Source: Bacteroidales bacterium (GTDB taxonomy: Bacteria > Bacteroidota > Bacteroidia > Bacteroidales > Muribaculaceae). Taken from it: DNA of 64,000 nt. Under the pieces are notes generated by a model that did not search any database, had not been told where the DNA came from, and saw only the letters and a list, made by a program, of their open reading frames with translations. The translations under genes and the position numbers were made by a program. Below, in pieces: positions 28,418-38,842 of this stretch. Every line of letters starts with the position of its first letter. Within the stretch, counting starts at the first letter, position 1. The DNA lies in the NCBI GenBank assembly GCA_003150235.1, contig QAMW01000015.1, forward strand, positions 5,471 to 69,470. The letters run 5' to 3'.

Positions 28418-29318
28418 GATGTCCTCCTTTTTTTAGTGCACGTGGATGTGCTTGTTGGTAATTTTGTTTAAGTTCTCGATAAGTTATATGGGTGTACACC
28501 TGAGTCGTTGCGAGCGACTGGTGACCAAGTAACTGCTGTACTGAATAAAGGTCGGCACCGTTGTTCAGCATATCGGTGGCAAACGAGTGACGCAACACGT
28601 GGGGGCTTTGCCGCCGTGCCACTGTGTGACCGCACAATGCCTTGTGGACTACATTGTAGACCAGCTTGCGGTATATCGGCTCGCCTGATTCCCTGACGAA
28701 AAACTCGTCGGCTGCGGGCGGTGGCACCGTGGATGTGCGTAGGTTACGATACTGTGCTATCATTTCTGCCAATTCAGGTCCGAAAGGGATTATTCTTTCC
28801 TTATTACGCTTGCCGAGCACTTTTAGTTCACCTCTCAGCGTGTCTACATCGGCATCAAGTAATCCGGTTACTTCCGATGCACGAAGCCCGGTGGAGTATA
28901 TCATGTCGACTATCAGGCGGTCACGAACCTGATTGAAGTCACCGGTGTCGATTTCTTCGGCAAGTATTGCCGCGGTCTCCGACTGGCGTGCATAGACAGG
29001 CAGCGGCTTGTCGGTCTTGGCGAGGGTGAGCTCGGCGGCAGGATTATATGTCATGCCGTGTTGCTTCATCATGTACCGGAAGAATGCACGGAGAGCCTGG
29101 ACCTTGCGGCGGATGGTACGCGGTGACTCTCCGGCTCTGCCGAGAGAATTAATCCACTGCCTGAGGTCAGATGTGGTCACATCTTCCGGATGCAGCCGCT
29201 CCGGTTGCCCCGAGGTGGCAAAGTCAGCCCATTGTGCAAGGTCACGTGAATACGCAGAAACGGTGTGAGCAGAAAGAGCCAACTCACACCGTATATATGT
29301 AATAAAAGAGTTCAGCAT
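28407..29318 (-). CDS. xerC: Tyrosine recombinase XerC/XerD family
   Basis: N-terminal SAM-like domain (FITYIRCELALSAHTVSAYSRDL). Catalytic R..HxxR..Y region (LRHSFATDMLNNGADLYSVQQLLGHQSLATTQVYTH). Sits in the conserved rpsU-xerC-hpf context. Confidence 0.8.
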   Translation of the reverse strand: MLNSFITYIRCELALSAHTVSAYSRDLAQWADFATSGQPERLHPEDVTTSDLRQWINSLGRAGESPRTIRRKVQALRAFFRYMMKQHGMTYNPAAELTLAKTDKPLPVYARQSETAAILAEEIDTGDFNQVRDRLIVDMIYSTGLRASEVTGLLDADVDTLRGELKVLGKRNKERIIPFGPELAEMIAQYRNLRTSTVPPPAADEFFVRESGEPIYRKLVYNVVHKALCGHTVARRQSPHVLRHSFATDMLNNGADLYSVQQLLGHQSLATTQVYTHITYRELKQNYQQAHPRALKKGGHHGS

Positions 29319-29397
29319 AATCTATTCGTAAACCTTACATTTACGAATATAACTCTTTTATATGAATTAACCAAATAAAAAGGAGGGAAATTCTATA

Positions 29398-29589
29398 TTA
29401 TTCCTCGACCATGCGAAGCTTCTGCACGTAGACAGCCTTCATCATCTTCTTGCGGTTGGTGATGCTGGGCTTTTCAAATGCCTGACGGCTACGCAGTTCC
29501 TTCACGATGCCTGTCTTTTCAAATTTTCTTTTGAACTTCTTGAGAGCTTTTTCGATGTTTTCGCCTTCTTTTACTTGTACGATTATCAT
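29398..29589 (-). CDS. rpsU: 30S ribosomal protein S21
   Basis: 63 aa. MIIVQVKEGENIEKALKKFKRKFEKTGIVKELRSRQAFEKPS. Confidence 0.95.
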   Translation of the reverse strand: MIIVQVKEGENIEKALKKFKRKFEKTGIVKELRSRQAFEKPSITNRKKMMKAVYVQKLRMVEE

Positions 29590-29636
29590 TTTGTTATTAT
29601 GGTTTTGTTTGTATTTACGTTTTTGTAATTGCGCGA

Positions 29637-29667
29637 CAAAATTACATATACTTTTCGATATGACAAA
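29637..29667 (-). promoter_or_regulatory. Bacteroides-type promoter for rpsU
   Basis: The minus strand reads TTTG (29667-29664), a 19-nt spacer, then TAATTTTG (29644-29637). Lies about 48 nt upstream of the rpsU ATG. Confidence 0.55.
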
Positions 29668-29703
29668 ATTTTAGGTCAATAAAAGTATCTGTCTGGTTGC
29701 GAT

Positions 29704-30483
29704 TTATTTGTCGGTATTGTTTTCCTCGACCACTCCTGCAAGCTCGGGGTCAATCATGATACGACCGCAGTATTCACATACGATGACTTTCTTGTGCATC
29801 TTGATTTCCATCTGCTTCTGAGGCGGTATGCGGTTGAAGCAACCTCCGCAGGCGTTACGCTGTATATACACGATGCCGAGACCGTTGCGGGCGTTGTCGC
29901 GGATACGCTTGAACGCCTTGAGTGTGCGCTCGTCGATACGCGGCTCGATTTCCTTTGCCTGGATGCGGAGACGCTCTTCGTCCTGACGGGTTTCTGACAC
30001 GATTTCGTCAAGCTCGGTCTGCTTTTCCTTGAGGATATGCTCGCTGTCTTTGAGACGCTCCTCAGTCGCGGCAATCTCGTTGGTCTTTGTGTCGATTGCG
30101 CGGGCATACTCGTTGAGGTGCTTTTCGCAAAGCTCGATTTCAAGGGTCTGGAACTCGACTTCTTTTGACAGGAGGTCAAACTCGCGGTTGTTTCTCACAT
30201 TGTCGAGCTGTTCCTTGTAGCGCGCAATCTTTGACTGCGACTCGTTGATTTTTTCTTTCTCGATTACAGTCTTCTTGCGGAGGTCTTCCACGTCGCGACG
30301 GTAATTTTCGATGCGGGTACGCAGTCCCTCGATATTGTCTTCAAGATCCTTTACTTCAAGGGGAAGCTCGCCACGGATGGTCTTGATACGGTCGATTTCG
30401 GAGAGTATTGTCTGAAGCTCGTAGAGAGATTTCAGGCGTTGCTCCACTGAAATTACTTCATTTTTGTTCTTGTCTATAGCCAT
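29704..30483 (-). CDS. Coiled-coil protein with C-terminal C4 zinc ribbon (COG1579/DUF164 type)
   Basis: Long heptad-rich region followed by CGGCFNRIPPQ...CEYCGRI. Conserved partner of the Nif3 gene immediately upstream. Confidence 0.8.
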   Translation of the reverse strand: MAIDKNKNEVISVEQRLKSLYELQTILSEIDRIKTIRGELPLEVKDLEDNIEGLRTRIENYRRDVEDLRKKTVIEKEKINESQSKIARYKEQLDNVRNNREFDLLSKEVEFQTLEIELCEKHLNEYARAIDTKTNEIAATEERLKDSEHILKEKQTELDEIVSETRQDEERLRIQAKEIEPRIDERTLKAFKRIRDNARNGLGIVYIQRNACGGCFNRIPPQKQMEIKMHKKVIVCEYCGRIMIDPELAGVVEENNTDK

Positions 30484-30489
30484 GTTTGC

Positions 30490-31251
30490 TTACAAGTAAT
30501 TTATCGGATTTTTTTCTGTTTCGGAGTAATAGAGTGCAAAGTTAGGAAATTTTTTGCTAACTATATGATAAAAAATCTGTTTTGTGCACTTTTCACTCTC
30601 ATAATGTCCTATGTCGATGATGAAAATACGCTCTGCGTTGTCAACAAAGTCATGATATTTTACATCAGAGGTAAGAAACGCGTCGGCTCCCGCCGCTACC
30701 GCGTCATCAATCAGAAACGCTCCGGAGCCGCCACATAGCGCGAGGCGTGACAGACGATGCACGGGAGGCACCGTACATCTTGTGACCGGCGAGCCGCATA
30801 CGCTCTTTATGCGGTCGACCAGCTCTGTTGCCGTCAGGGCGGGTGACAAGTTACCTATCACGCCCGGCGGAGTCGCAAGCGGGGTGATGCCGGTAAGTCC
30901 GAGCATTGTGGCGAGAGTGTGGTTTACGCCGTTTTCCGCGGCGTCGAGATTGGTGTGGGCTGCGTAGACCGCTATCCCTGCCTTTATTGCCGCTATAGCG
31001 GCACGTTGCTGCATGGTCGCGCCCGTCAGCCTTTTCAGTCCTTTGAAGATGAGCGGATGGTGAGACACAATCAGATTGCATCCACGGCGCGATGCTTCCT
31101 CGACCGTATCGGAGGTGACATCGACACAGAAGAGCACTCCGCTGCATGTTTCTCCGGGGTCGCCAATGATAAGACCGGCGTTGTCGTATGATTCCTGGAG
31201 GGCGAGCGGAGCCGCTTCTTCGATTGTGTCTGTGATATCTTTTATCAGCAT
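30490..31251 (-). CDS. Nif3-like dinuclear metal centre protein (GTP cyclohydrolase 1 type 2 family)
   Basis: MLIKDITDTIEEAAPLALQESYDNAGL...LIVSHHPLIFKGLKRL. Start set at the internal ATG 4 nt after the aspS stop. Confidence 0.85.
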   Translation of the reverse strand: MLIKDITDTIEEAAPLALQESYDNAGLIIGDPGETCSGVLFCVDVTSDTVEEASRRGCNLIVSHHPLIFKGLKRLTGATMQQRAAIAAIKAGIAVYAAHTNLDAAENGVNHTLATMLGLTGITPLATPPGVIGNLSPALTATELVDRIKSVCGSPVTRCTVPPVHRLSRLALCGGSGAFLIDDAVAAGADAFLTSDVKYHDFVDNAERIFIIDIGHYESEKCTKQIFYHIVSKKFPNFALYYSETEKNPINYL

Positions 31252-31255
31252 CGGC

Positions 31256-33016
31256 TTATTTATCCGGTAGTTCGATGGCGAGTGCAAGCTCGTCGAGCTG
31301 CTTCTGGTCGAGCGGGGCGGGTGCATCAAGCATCACGTCACGACCGGAATTGTTTTTCGGGAATGCGATGCAGTCGCGTATGCTGTCAAGACCGGCGAAT
31401 AACGATACCCAGCGGTCAAGACCATAGGCGAGTCCTCCGTGAGGGGGTGCCCCGTACTTGAAGGCATTCATCAAGAAGCCGAACTGCTCCTGCGCGCGCT
31501 CAGGGGTGAAGCCGAGTATTTCAAACATTTTTGCCTGGAGTTTGCTGTCGTGGATACGGATAGAGCCACCACCTACTTCTACGCCGTTTATCACCATGTC
31601 GTAAGCATCGGCGCGTACTGCGGCAGGGTCGCTGTCAAGCAAGGGTATATCTTCGTCTTTGGGATGGGTGAAGGGATGATGCATCGCCATCAGGCGCTGT
31701 TCTTCGTCGCTCCATTCAAACATCGGGAAGTCAACGACCCAGAGACATGCAAACTTATTCTTGTCGCGCAACCCGAGCTGACGACCCATTTCAAGACGGA
31801 GTTCGCAGAGTTGCTTGCGGGTTTTCATAGCGTCATCGCCTGAAAGAATGAGTATAAGGTCGCCCGGTTTTGCACCGAATGCCTCTTTCATTTTCTGAAG
31901 CACATCCTGAGAGTAGAATTTGTCGACGCTTGACTTTACTGTGCCGTCGGGCTCGACGCGGGCATATACCATGCCTTTTGCACCTATCTGCGGGCGTTTT
32001 ACAAATTCTGTAAGCTGGTCAAGCTGCTTTCGGGTATAGCTTGCGGCTCCTTCTGCGCAGATACCTCCAATATAGGCGGCATTGTCAAATACTCCGAAGC
32101 CGTGACCTTTCATGATGTCCATCAACTCCACAAATTCCATGCCGAAGCGGAGGTCGGGCTTGTCGCTTCCGTATAGGCGCATGGCTTCCGACCAGGGCAT
32201 ACGGATGAAGGGTTCTGTCAGCTCTACGCCGCGAAGTTCCTTGAACAGATGTTTTGCCATTCCTTCGAACAGGTTGATGATATCTTCCTGCTCAACGTAG
32301 CTCATCTCGCAGTCTATCTGGGTAAATTCTGGCTGGCGGTCGGCGCGAAGGTCTTCGTCGCGGAAACATTTTACTATCTGGAAGTAACGGTCCATACCCG
32401 ATACCATGAGCAGCTGCTTGAGGGTCTGAGGCGACTGGGGAAGGGCGTAGAACTGCCCCTGGTTCATGCGCGACGGTACCACGAAGTCACGTGCCCCTTC
32501 AGGAGTCGAGCCCACGAGCATCGGGGTCTCTATTTCAAGAAAGCCTTTGCTGTCGAGATAGCGGCGTACCTCCATGGTCATCTTGTGGCGGAGCTCAAGG
32601 TTTTTTCTCACGCAATTGCGTCGCAGGTCGAGATAGCGGAATTTCATGCGGAGGTCATCGCCGCCGTCGGTGTCATCCTCGATGGTAAAGGGAGGAACTT
32701 CCGATGGATTGAGTACATTGAGCGACTCTGCGATGATTTCGATGTCGCCTGTGGGGATATTGGGGTTCTTGTTGGAGCGTTCAGCTACCTTTCCGGTAAT
32801 CTGCACGACATATTCACGACCGAGATGATTGGCTGCCTCACATAAAGCGGCATCAGTTTCGTTGTTAAAGACTGCCTGGGTGATGCCGTAACGGTCGCGG
32901 ACATCTACAAATGTCATGCCTCCCATTTTACGGGCACGTTGTACCCAGCCGGCGATGGTGACAGTAGAGCCGGCATCCTTTTGGCGGAGTTCTCCGCAGG
33001 TTTTAGTCCTATACAT
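31256..33016 (-). CDS. aspS: Aspartate--tRNA ligase
   Basis: 586 aa. [11 protein letters not shown] start with an OB-fold anticodon-binding domain. Class II motifs are present: [32 protein letters not shown]. Confidence 0.96.
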   Translation of the reverse strand: MYRTKTCGELRQKDAGSTVTIAGWVQRARKMGGMTFVDVRDRYGITQAVFNNETDAALCEAANHLGREYVVQITGKVAERSNKNPNIPTGDIEIIAESLNVLNPSEVPPFTIEDDTDGGDDLRMKFRYLDLRRNCVRKNLELRHKMTMEVRRYLDSKGFLEIETPMLVGSTPEGARDFVVPSRMNQGQFYALPQSPQTLKQLLMVSGMDRYFQIVKCFRDEDLRADRQPEFTQIDCEMSYVEQEDIINLFEGMAKHLFKELRGVELTEPFIRMPWSEAMRLYGSDKPDLRFGMEFVELMDIMKGHGFGVFDNAAYIGGICAEGAASYTRKQLDQLTEFVKRPQIGAKGMVYARVEPDGTVKSSVDKFYSQDVLQKMKEAFGAKPGDLILILSGDDAMKTRKQLCELRLEMGRQLGLRDKNKFACLWVVDFPMFEWSDEEQRLMAMHHPFTHPKDEDIPLLDSDPAAVRADAYDMVINGVEVGGGSIRIHDSKLQAKMFEILGFTPERAQEQFGFLMNAFKYGAPPHGGLAYGLDRWVSLFAGLDSIRDCIAFPKNNSGRDVMLDAPAPLDQKQLDELALAIELPDK

Positions 33017-33177
33017 ATATATTTACTGAAAAATTATGCACAAAAAAGGTTACAGTGATAAAATTTCCGTAAAGTTAATGATAAACGATGTAAAATGAAA
33101 ATCTCCAATTCACTAATTTATTTGACCTCTGTATCGTGTGGTCTTACATGGGATTGATTCGTGCAGTCGCAGCCTGC

Positions 33178-33528
33178 TTATCCGTTATTGAATTTCCATT
33201 TCACGCGCTCCCACAATGACGGCTTGTCAAACTTGATGTGGACATTCACCCCGTTGTCGTGTTTGTTAAGGAATATGATGGAACTGTGCAGGACAATGGC
33301 TATCACATCGTCAAAGTGATAGAATCCGTGTACGCGGTCAAGTGATATTTTGTGAAAGGGTGATTGCTCGTCAATACTGTCAATAATTATATTTCCATCG
33401 CCGTCAATCGTGATGTTGTGATATTCCGAAGCATAGTCAAATAAGAGACCTATATCAAGATGCTCTATGCCCGCAGGTCGTTTGCGGAAGCGTCGGTATA
33501 ATTCGTCAATTACTTTTTTTGTAATCAT
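33178..33528 (-). CDS. Hypothetical protein (116 aa), AT-rich
   Basis: Clean ORF with no motif I recognise, isolated between aspS and the mmd operon. Confidence 0.45.
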   Translation of the reverse strand: MITKKVIDELYRRFRKRPAGIEHLDIGLLFDYASEYHNITIDGDGNIIIDSIDEQSPFHKISLDRVHGFYHFDDVIAIVLHSSIIFLNKHDNGVNVHIKFDKPSLWERVKWKFNNG

Positions 33529-33690
33529 TATCGGTCATTTAAATATCATGTGTTGCTATTGGAGTTTCATTATAACATCATATCCATGCAAATAGTTTGA
33601 GGATATATCAACACATGTTAATAAATGTTTGGTAAAATTTTATTTAACATTCACTTTTATGCTTTTGACTCTACAAAAACATCAAGGATA

Positions 33691-33744
33691 AAAGGCAGCG
33701 GCACTAACTTCACCGTGGAGGTGAGTGTAATGCCGCCGCCTTTT
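33691..33744. terminator. Bidirectional-type hairpin terminator after mmdB
   Basis: aaaaggcagcggca ... tgccgccgcctttt: a long imperfect stem with an A-run on one side and a T-run on the other. Lies 10 nt downstream of the stop at 33754. Confidence 0.6.
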
Positions 33745-33753
33745 GTATAAGGT

Positions 33754-34911
33754 TTAGGCAAGGAAGCCGAGCAGTACGCCTGCAGCGACGGCTGAACCGA
33801 TGACACCGGCTACATTCGGTCCCATGGCATGCATGAGAAGGTAGTTGCTGGGGTCATATTCAAGACCGAGGTTGTTGGAGATACGTGCCGACATCGGCAC
33901 TGCCGATACACCGGCATTACCGATAAGCGGGTTGAGCTTCTTCGATGCAGGAAGGAACAAGTTGAATATCTTCACGAAAAGTACACCTGATGCCGAGGCG
34001 ATGATAAACGCCATGAAGCCGAGTGCGAAAATGAAGATAGTGTCGAGGGTGAGGAATTCCGATGCCTGTGTCGATGCGCCTACTGTCATGCCGAGAAGGA
34101 TGGTCACGATATCGGTAAGGGCGTTGCTTGCAGTCTTGGCAAGACGGTTGGTCACGCCACACTCGCGAAGCAAGTTACCGAAAAACAGCATACCGAGCAA
34201 CGGAATACCCGAGGGTACCACGAAGCAGGTAAGCAATAGTCCGACAATCGGGAAGATGATTTTCTCGTTTTGTGACACCGCACGTGCGGGTTTCATCTTG
34301 ATCACGCGCTCATGCTTAGTCGTGAGCAATCTCATGATTGGCGGCTGAATCAGCGGCACAAGTGCCATATAGGAGTATGCCGACACGGCGATGGCTCCCA
34401 TAAGGTTGGGCGCAAGTTTGGATGACAGGAAGATTGCGGTAGGACCGTCGGCGCCGCCGATTATGGCTATCGCACCTGCCTGGTCGGGGGCAAACCCGAG
34501 GGCGAGCGCAACCATGTAGGCACCGAAGATACCGAACTGAGCGGCGGCTCCTACGAGCATGAGCTTCGGATTGGCGATAAGCGCCGAGAAGTCGGTCATA
34601 GCGCCGATACCGAGGAATATCAGCGGAGGATACCATCCGGCACTTACTCCGTTATAAAGGATGTTGAGCACCGACCCTTCTTCATAGATGCCGACTTCGA
34701 GTCCCGCAGCCCCGTTGAAAGGAATATTGCCTATAAGGATACCGAAACCGATCGGCACAAGCAACATAGGCTCAAAGTTCTTCTTGATGGCAAGCCAGAG
34801 GAAGAACAGACCCACGACGAGCATCACCAGATGTTGCCAGGTAGCGTTGGCAAAGCCTGTAAGCTCCCAGAACTGCTGGAAATTGGTCGCCATAAATTCG
34901 TTTAAACTCAT
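33754..34911 (-). CDS. mmdB: Na+-translocating decarboxylase beta subunit (methylmalonyl-CoA/oxaloacetate decarboxylase)
   Basis: 385-aa polytopic membrane protein with OadB-family motifs (GIGAMTDF, IIGGADGPT, NAGVSAVPMSAR). Confidence 0.9.
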   Translation of the reverse strand: MSLNEFMATNFQQFWELTGFANATWQHLVMLVVGLFFLWLAIKKNFEPMLLVPIGFGILIGNIPFNGAAGLEVGIYEEGSVLNILYNGVSAGWYPPLIFLGIGAMTDFSALIANPKLMLVGAAAQFGIFGAYMVALALGFAPDQAGAIAIIGGADGPTAIFLSSKLAPNLMGAIAVSAYSYMALVPLIQPPIMRLLTTKHERVIKMKPARAVSQNEKIIFPIVGLLLTCFVVPSGIPLLGMLFFGNLLRECGVTNRLAKTASNALTDIVTILLGMTVGASTQASEFLTLDTIFIFALGFMAFIIASASGVLFVKIFNLFLPASKKLNPLIGNAGVSAVPMSARISNNLGLEYDPSNYLLMHAMGPNVAGVIGSAVAAGVLLGFLA

Positions 34912-34961
34912 AGTGATATGCTTTTAAGTTTAATCTGGTTAGTTTAAGACTGTTACTTGTA

Positions 34962-35396
34962 CTATTCGATTGTGAGAAGTACTGCTCCTTCAAGCACTGC
35001 ATCGCCTGCTGCCACCGAGATGCCGGCAACCTTGCCGTCTTTGCCTGCGTGGATGGCATTTTCCATCTTCATCGCCTCAAGCACGATTACAGTATCGGCA
35101 GCCTTTACTGTGTCTCCGACCTTGACATTGATTGAGAGGATAGTGCCAGGGAGGGGAGCTTTGACTGCATAGGAGCCGCCGCTTGTGGTGGCTTTTGCCA
35201 CTACCTTCTCGCCTGTAGCGGTGCGAGGTGCGGCAGAGGGGCGGTTGGGTGCGACTACGGTCACGGGTGACTTCTGCTTTTCAAGCTCCACTTTATAGGG
35301 AGTTCCGTTGACAAGTACTTCTGTCATGTTGTCAACGATGTCACCGATAGACACATTGTATGTGTTGCCGTTGATTTTATATTTATATTCTTTCAT
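34962..35396 (-). CDS. mmdC: Biotin carboxyl carrier subunit of the decarboxylase
   Basis: 144 aa with an Ala/Pro linker and the biotinyl-lysine motif LEAMKMEN. Confidence 0.88.
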   Translation of the reverse strand: MKEYKYKINGNTYNVSIGDIVDNMTEVLVNGTPYKVELEKQKSPVTVVAPNRPSAAPRTATGEKVVAKATTSGGSYAVKAPLPGTILSINVKVGDTVKAADTVIVLEAMKMENAIHAGKDGKVAGISVAAGDAVLEGAVLLTIE

Positions 35397-35445
35397 TGTT
35401 GTTGTGTGGTAATGTTCTTTTTGTCGTTATAAAAACAGCCGTGTT

Positions 35446-36366
35446 TTATCGGCGGGGAAGTTCACGCAATCCGTAGATTTTTGAGCTCCAGGGTGAGTAG
35501 CTCTTCCTTACCTTGTTGATGGTAAGGATTGTGCTTTCCTTGTCATGTGCGTTCAGATGATCGTTTAGAGCCATTACGATGGCGGCTATTTCTTCGCCGG
35601 AATCATGTTTGGGACGGTCTTCTTTCGGCATTAACTTGGTCTCTATGCCCTGTGAGCGAGCTTTGTTGCGGGTAGAGATGCTGGCACCGATGCGGTTGAT
35701 GGCATAGAACGACAGGCTCAACAGCAGAAGTGCCGAGAATACTATGCACATTGCCATGAGGGTGAGTCCGAAGCCGTGACCGTCGGTCTCGGCAAACATT
35801 TCCACTTTTGAATTGGTGTCGATAATCTTGTTGTTGCTGCTCGGGGTGATGTAAGCCTCTGATGAGCCGTCGCGCACACTCCATGCCTCGGCGCCTTCGC
35901 CCTCTCCGTCTTTTATGCGGGCATAGCTGGAGTTGGCGCCAAGTGATGCGGGTACAGTGATGGAGTCGATGAGGGTCACGCCGTTGGCATCATAGATGCC
36001 GATCCAGTTGTCCTGTCCGGGAACGAGTTTGAAACTCAGGTGGAATGTACCCTTGTTAGGCTCTCCGTCGGCCCAGAACACTACATGCTGGCGCGGAGGA
36101 ATCTCGGTGTTTACATCGCCCAGTGGCACAGGATATTTCTTTGGCTGTGCCGGGTCGTTGGACAGATATACGCTCGAGATTTCCATCGGTGCGTAGGTCG
36201 AGTTGTAAAGCTCGATCCATGCATGATGCAATCCGTAGTCGTCGACGTAGTTACTGTCGTTCTGCACCATGACCTCGTTGATGCGCAGTCCGCGGCGCCC
36301 CTGGGCGCTGACAGCCACGACGCAGCCCACGAGGGCTATGAGCAATATTGATAATTTCTTCTTCAT
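35446..36366 (-). CDS. Lamin-tail-domain (LTD) protein fused to an OadG-like decarboxylase small subunit
   Basis: Signal peptide followed by LRINEVMVQNDSNYVDDYGLHHAWIELYNS (LTD signature). Then a TM helix LTLMAMCIVFSALLLLSLSFYAI and the EEIAAIVMALNDHL tail typical of OadG/delta subunits. Confidence 0.7.
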   Translation of the reverse strand: MKKKLSILLIALVGCVVAVSAQGRRGLRINEVMVQNDSNYVDDYGLHHAWIELYNSTYAPMEISSVYLSNDPAQPKKYPVPLGDVNTEIPPRQHVVFWADGEPNKGTFHLSFKLVPGQDNWIGIYDANGVTLIDSITVPASLGANSSYARIKDGEGEGAEAWSVRDGSSEAYITPSSNNKIIDTNSKVEMFAETDGHGFGLTLMAMCIVFSALLLLSLSFYAINRIGASISTRNKARSQGIETKLMPKEDRPKHDSGEEIAAIVMALNDHLNAHDKESTILTINKVRKSYSPWSSKIYGLRELPRR

Positions 36367-36383
36367 TGCTTTGGAAGGATTGG

Positions 36384-37937
36384 TTATAGAGGTATGTTAC
36401 CGTGCTTTTTAGCGGGATTGGTCACCTTCTTGGTGGCAAGTTGCTGGAGGGCGCGGATTACGCGGAAGCGTGTGTTGCGCGGTTCGATTACGTCGTCGAT
36501 ATAGCCGTAACGCGCAGCATTGTAGGGATTGCAGAACAGCTTGTTGTATTCCGCTTCCTTTTCGGCGAGTACCTTTGCGGGGTCTTCCGCCTCTTTTGCT
36601 TCGCGGGCATAGAGCACCTCGACAGCTCCGGCTCCACCCATGACTGCGATTTCGGCTGTCGGCCATGCGTAGTTCATGTCGCCGCGCAGCTGCTTGCAGC
36701 TCATCACGATGTGGCTTCCGCCATAGCTCTTGCGGAGGGTTACTGTCACCTTGGGTACTGTCGCCTCACCGTAAGCATAAAGCAGTTTGGCTCCGTGGAG
36801 GATTACACCATTGTATTCCTGACCTGTGCCGGGAAGGAAGCCCGGTACGTCAACGAGTGTCACCAGAGGTATGTTGAACGCGTCACAGAAGCGTACGAAG
36901 CGCGCTCCCTTGCGTGAAGCGTTGCTGTCAAGCACACCGGCGAGATACTTGGGCTGGTTGGCGACGATACCTACCGACTGTCCGTTCATGCGGGCGAAAC
37001 CTACGATAAGATTTTTCGCATAGTTGCTCTGGATTTCCAAGAACTCACCGTTGTCGACAATCGCGCTGATTACCTCATACATGTTGTAGGGCTTGGTGGC
37101 GCTGTCGGGGATGATGTCGTTTAGAGAGTCCTCAAGACGATCAATCGGGTCGGTGCATTCTACCAACGGCGGCTCCTCGAGGTTGTTCTGAGGAATGTAG
37201 CTGAAGAGCTTGCGGATGATTTTGAGAGCTTCCTCGCCATCTTCGGCTGCAAAGTGTGCCACACCGCTCTTGCAGGCGTGTACCTCTGCGCCTCCGAGGG
37301 CTTCCTGGGTTACATCCTCGCCGGTCACGGTCTTTACCACCTTCGGTCCGGTAAGGAACATATAGGAGATGCCCTTTGTCATGATGGTGAAGTCGGTGAG
37401 GGCGGGGGAGTAGACCGCACCGCCGGCACACGGACCGAGAATACCTGAAATCTGGGGGATTACACCGGAAGCCATGATGTTGCGCTGGAATATCTCCGCA
37501 TAGCCTGCAAGGGCATTGATACCTTCCTGGATACGTGCGCCTCCCGAGTCGTTAAGTCCGATTACCGGGGCTCCCATCTTCATCGCCATATCCATTACCT
37601 TGCATATCTTGAGTGCCATGGTCTCTGACAGTGAACCTCCGAATACGGTGAAGTCCTGTGCGAAGACATAGACAAGGCGACCGTCGATTGTTCCGTAGCC
37701 GGTCACAACGCCGTCGCCGAGATAACTTTTCTTTTCCTGTCCGAAATTGGTGCAACGATGACGGACAAACATGTCGAGCTCTTCAAAGGAGCCTTCGTCG
37801 AGCAGCTGGGCTATACGCTCGCGTGCTGTGTATTTGCCTTTGTCATGCTGCTTCTGGATGGCTTTCTCGCCACCTCCTATACGGGCTTGTTCGCGCAAGG
37901 CGATAAGCTCCTGTACTTTTTCAAGCTGTGTGCTCAT
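36384..37937 (-). CDS. mmdA: Methylmalonyl-CoA decarboxylase alpha subunit / acyl-CoA carboxyltransferase
   Basis: 517 aa from the carboxyltransferase family ([36 protein letters not shown]). Confidence 0.9.
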   Translation of the reverse strand: MSTQLEKVQELIALREQARIGGGEKAIQKQHDKGKYTARERIAQLLDEGSFEELDMFVRHRCTNFGQEKKSYLGDGVVTGYGTIDGRLVYVFAQDFTVFGGSLSETMALKICKVMDMAMKMGAPVIGLNDSGGARIQEGINALAGYAEIFQRNIMASGVIPQISGILGPCAGGAVYSPALTDFTIMTKGISYMFLTGPKVVKTVTGEDVTQEALGGAEVHACKSGVAHFAAEDGEEALKIIRKLFSYIPQNNLEEPPLVECTDPIDRLEDSLNDIIPDSATKPYNMYEVISAIVDNGEFLEIQSNYAKNLIVGFARMNGQSVGIVANQPKYLAGVLDSNASRKGARFVRFCDAFNIPLVTLVDVPGFLPGTGQEYNGVILHGAKLLYAYGEATVPKVTVTLRKSYGGSHIVMSCKQLRGDMNYAWPTAEIAVMGGAGAVEVLYAREAKEAEDPAKVLAEKEAEYNKLFCNPYNAARYGYIDDVIEPRNTRFRVIRALQQLATKKVTNPAKKHGNIPL

Positions 37938-37974
37938 GTGGTGTTATTATATAATGAGTATTTTATCGGGGTTA

Positions 37975-38394
37975 TTACTTGTTGGGGTCTTCGCAAAGCT
38001 CAATCAATGTGCCGAAAGTCGACTTCGGGTGAAGGAACGCGATGTTTAGGCCTTCAGCTCCCTTGCGGGGTGCCTTGTCGATAAGGCGGCAACCTTTTTC
38101 CTCTGCCTCGGCGAGAGCGTTTGCAACGCCGTCCTCGATGGCGAAAGCCATGTGCTGAATGCCGCCGCGACCGCCGTTGTTGGCGATATACTTTGAAATG
38201 GCGCTATCTTCGCTGGTGCCTTCAAGAAGCTCTATTTTGGTCTGACCTACCTTGAAGAATGCTGTGCGTACTTTCTGGTCGGGAACTTCTTCAATTGCAA
38301 AACATTTGATACCGAATGTCTTTTCGTAGAACGGGATTGCCTCGTCGAGCGACGGAACGGCGATGCCGATGTGTTCGATGTGAGAAATATTCAT
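37975..38394 (-). CDS. mce: Methylmalonyl-CoA epimerase (VOC/glyoxalase fold)
   Basis: 139 aa. ISHIEHIGIAVPSLDEAIPFYEKTFG ... GIQHMAF. First gene of the mmd operon. Confidence 0.85.
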   Translation of the reverse strand: MNISHIEHIGIAVPSLDEAIPFYEKTFGIKCFAIEEVPDQKVRTAFFKVGQTKIELLEGTSEDSAISKYIANNGGRGGIQHMAFAIEDGVANALAEAEEKGCRLIDKAPRKGAEGLNIAFLHPKSTFGTLIELCEDPNK

Positions 38395-38842
38395 TTTATT
38401 TTGTTTTTATTTTGGTTGGTTAATAATGATTACTTTGGTTACGTTTGATGTCATGACGCAAAATTTGCGTGACATGCCACTTCACGGTTTAAGTTGCAAA
38501 TTTAATAAATATTGTGGAACTAAACCTGAAAATCAATTTTTTTGTCGTGGAAACACGCTAAATATTCCCCGGTTGTCGGGCGTTTATGGCTGTCTGTAGT
38601 TTATGCCGGAAGTAAAACTGGCGTAAAAATGCCATAATGTGAATTTTTGGCAGTCATTGTGAAAAAGTGTCAGATGGCGTGTCACCTTTCTGCAGTCGAT
38701 TAACTGTTTGCTATTGATTAAATTATGTACATGTCAACCTTTTTGGCACATGATTTGTTTTTCTAATGAATGTCGGACGCCGACAGGCTTCTTAGACATA
38801 GGATGAAAATTAAAATATAACCAAAATAAAAGATAAAGAATT

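Noticed and set aside
28407-29318. Tyrosine recombinase as a marker of an integrated mobile element.
   Set aside because: It sits in the conserved housekeeping arrangement rpsU-xerC-hpf, with normal composition and no flanking repeats or cargo. It is most likely the chromosomal Xer recombinase.
38771-38785. Small hairpin (tgtcgg acg ccgaca) in the dnaK 5' region, considered as an RNA thermometer.
   Set aside because: It has only 6 bp and lies about 60 nt from the start codon, so it cannot occlude the translation-initiation region. I also could not locate a convincing promoter to show that it is transcribed.
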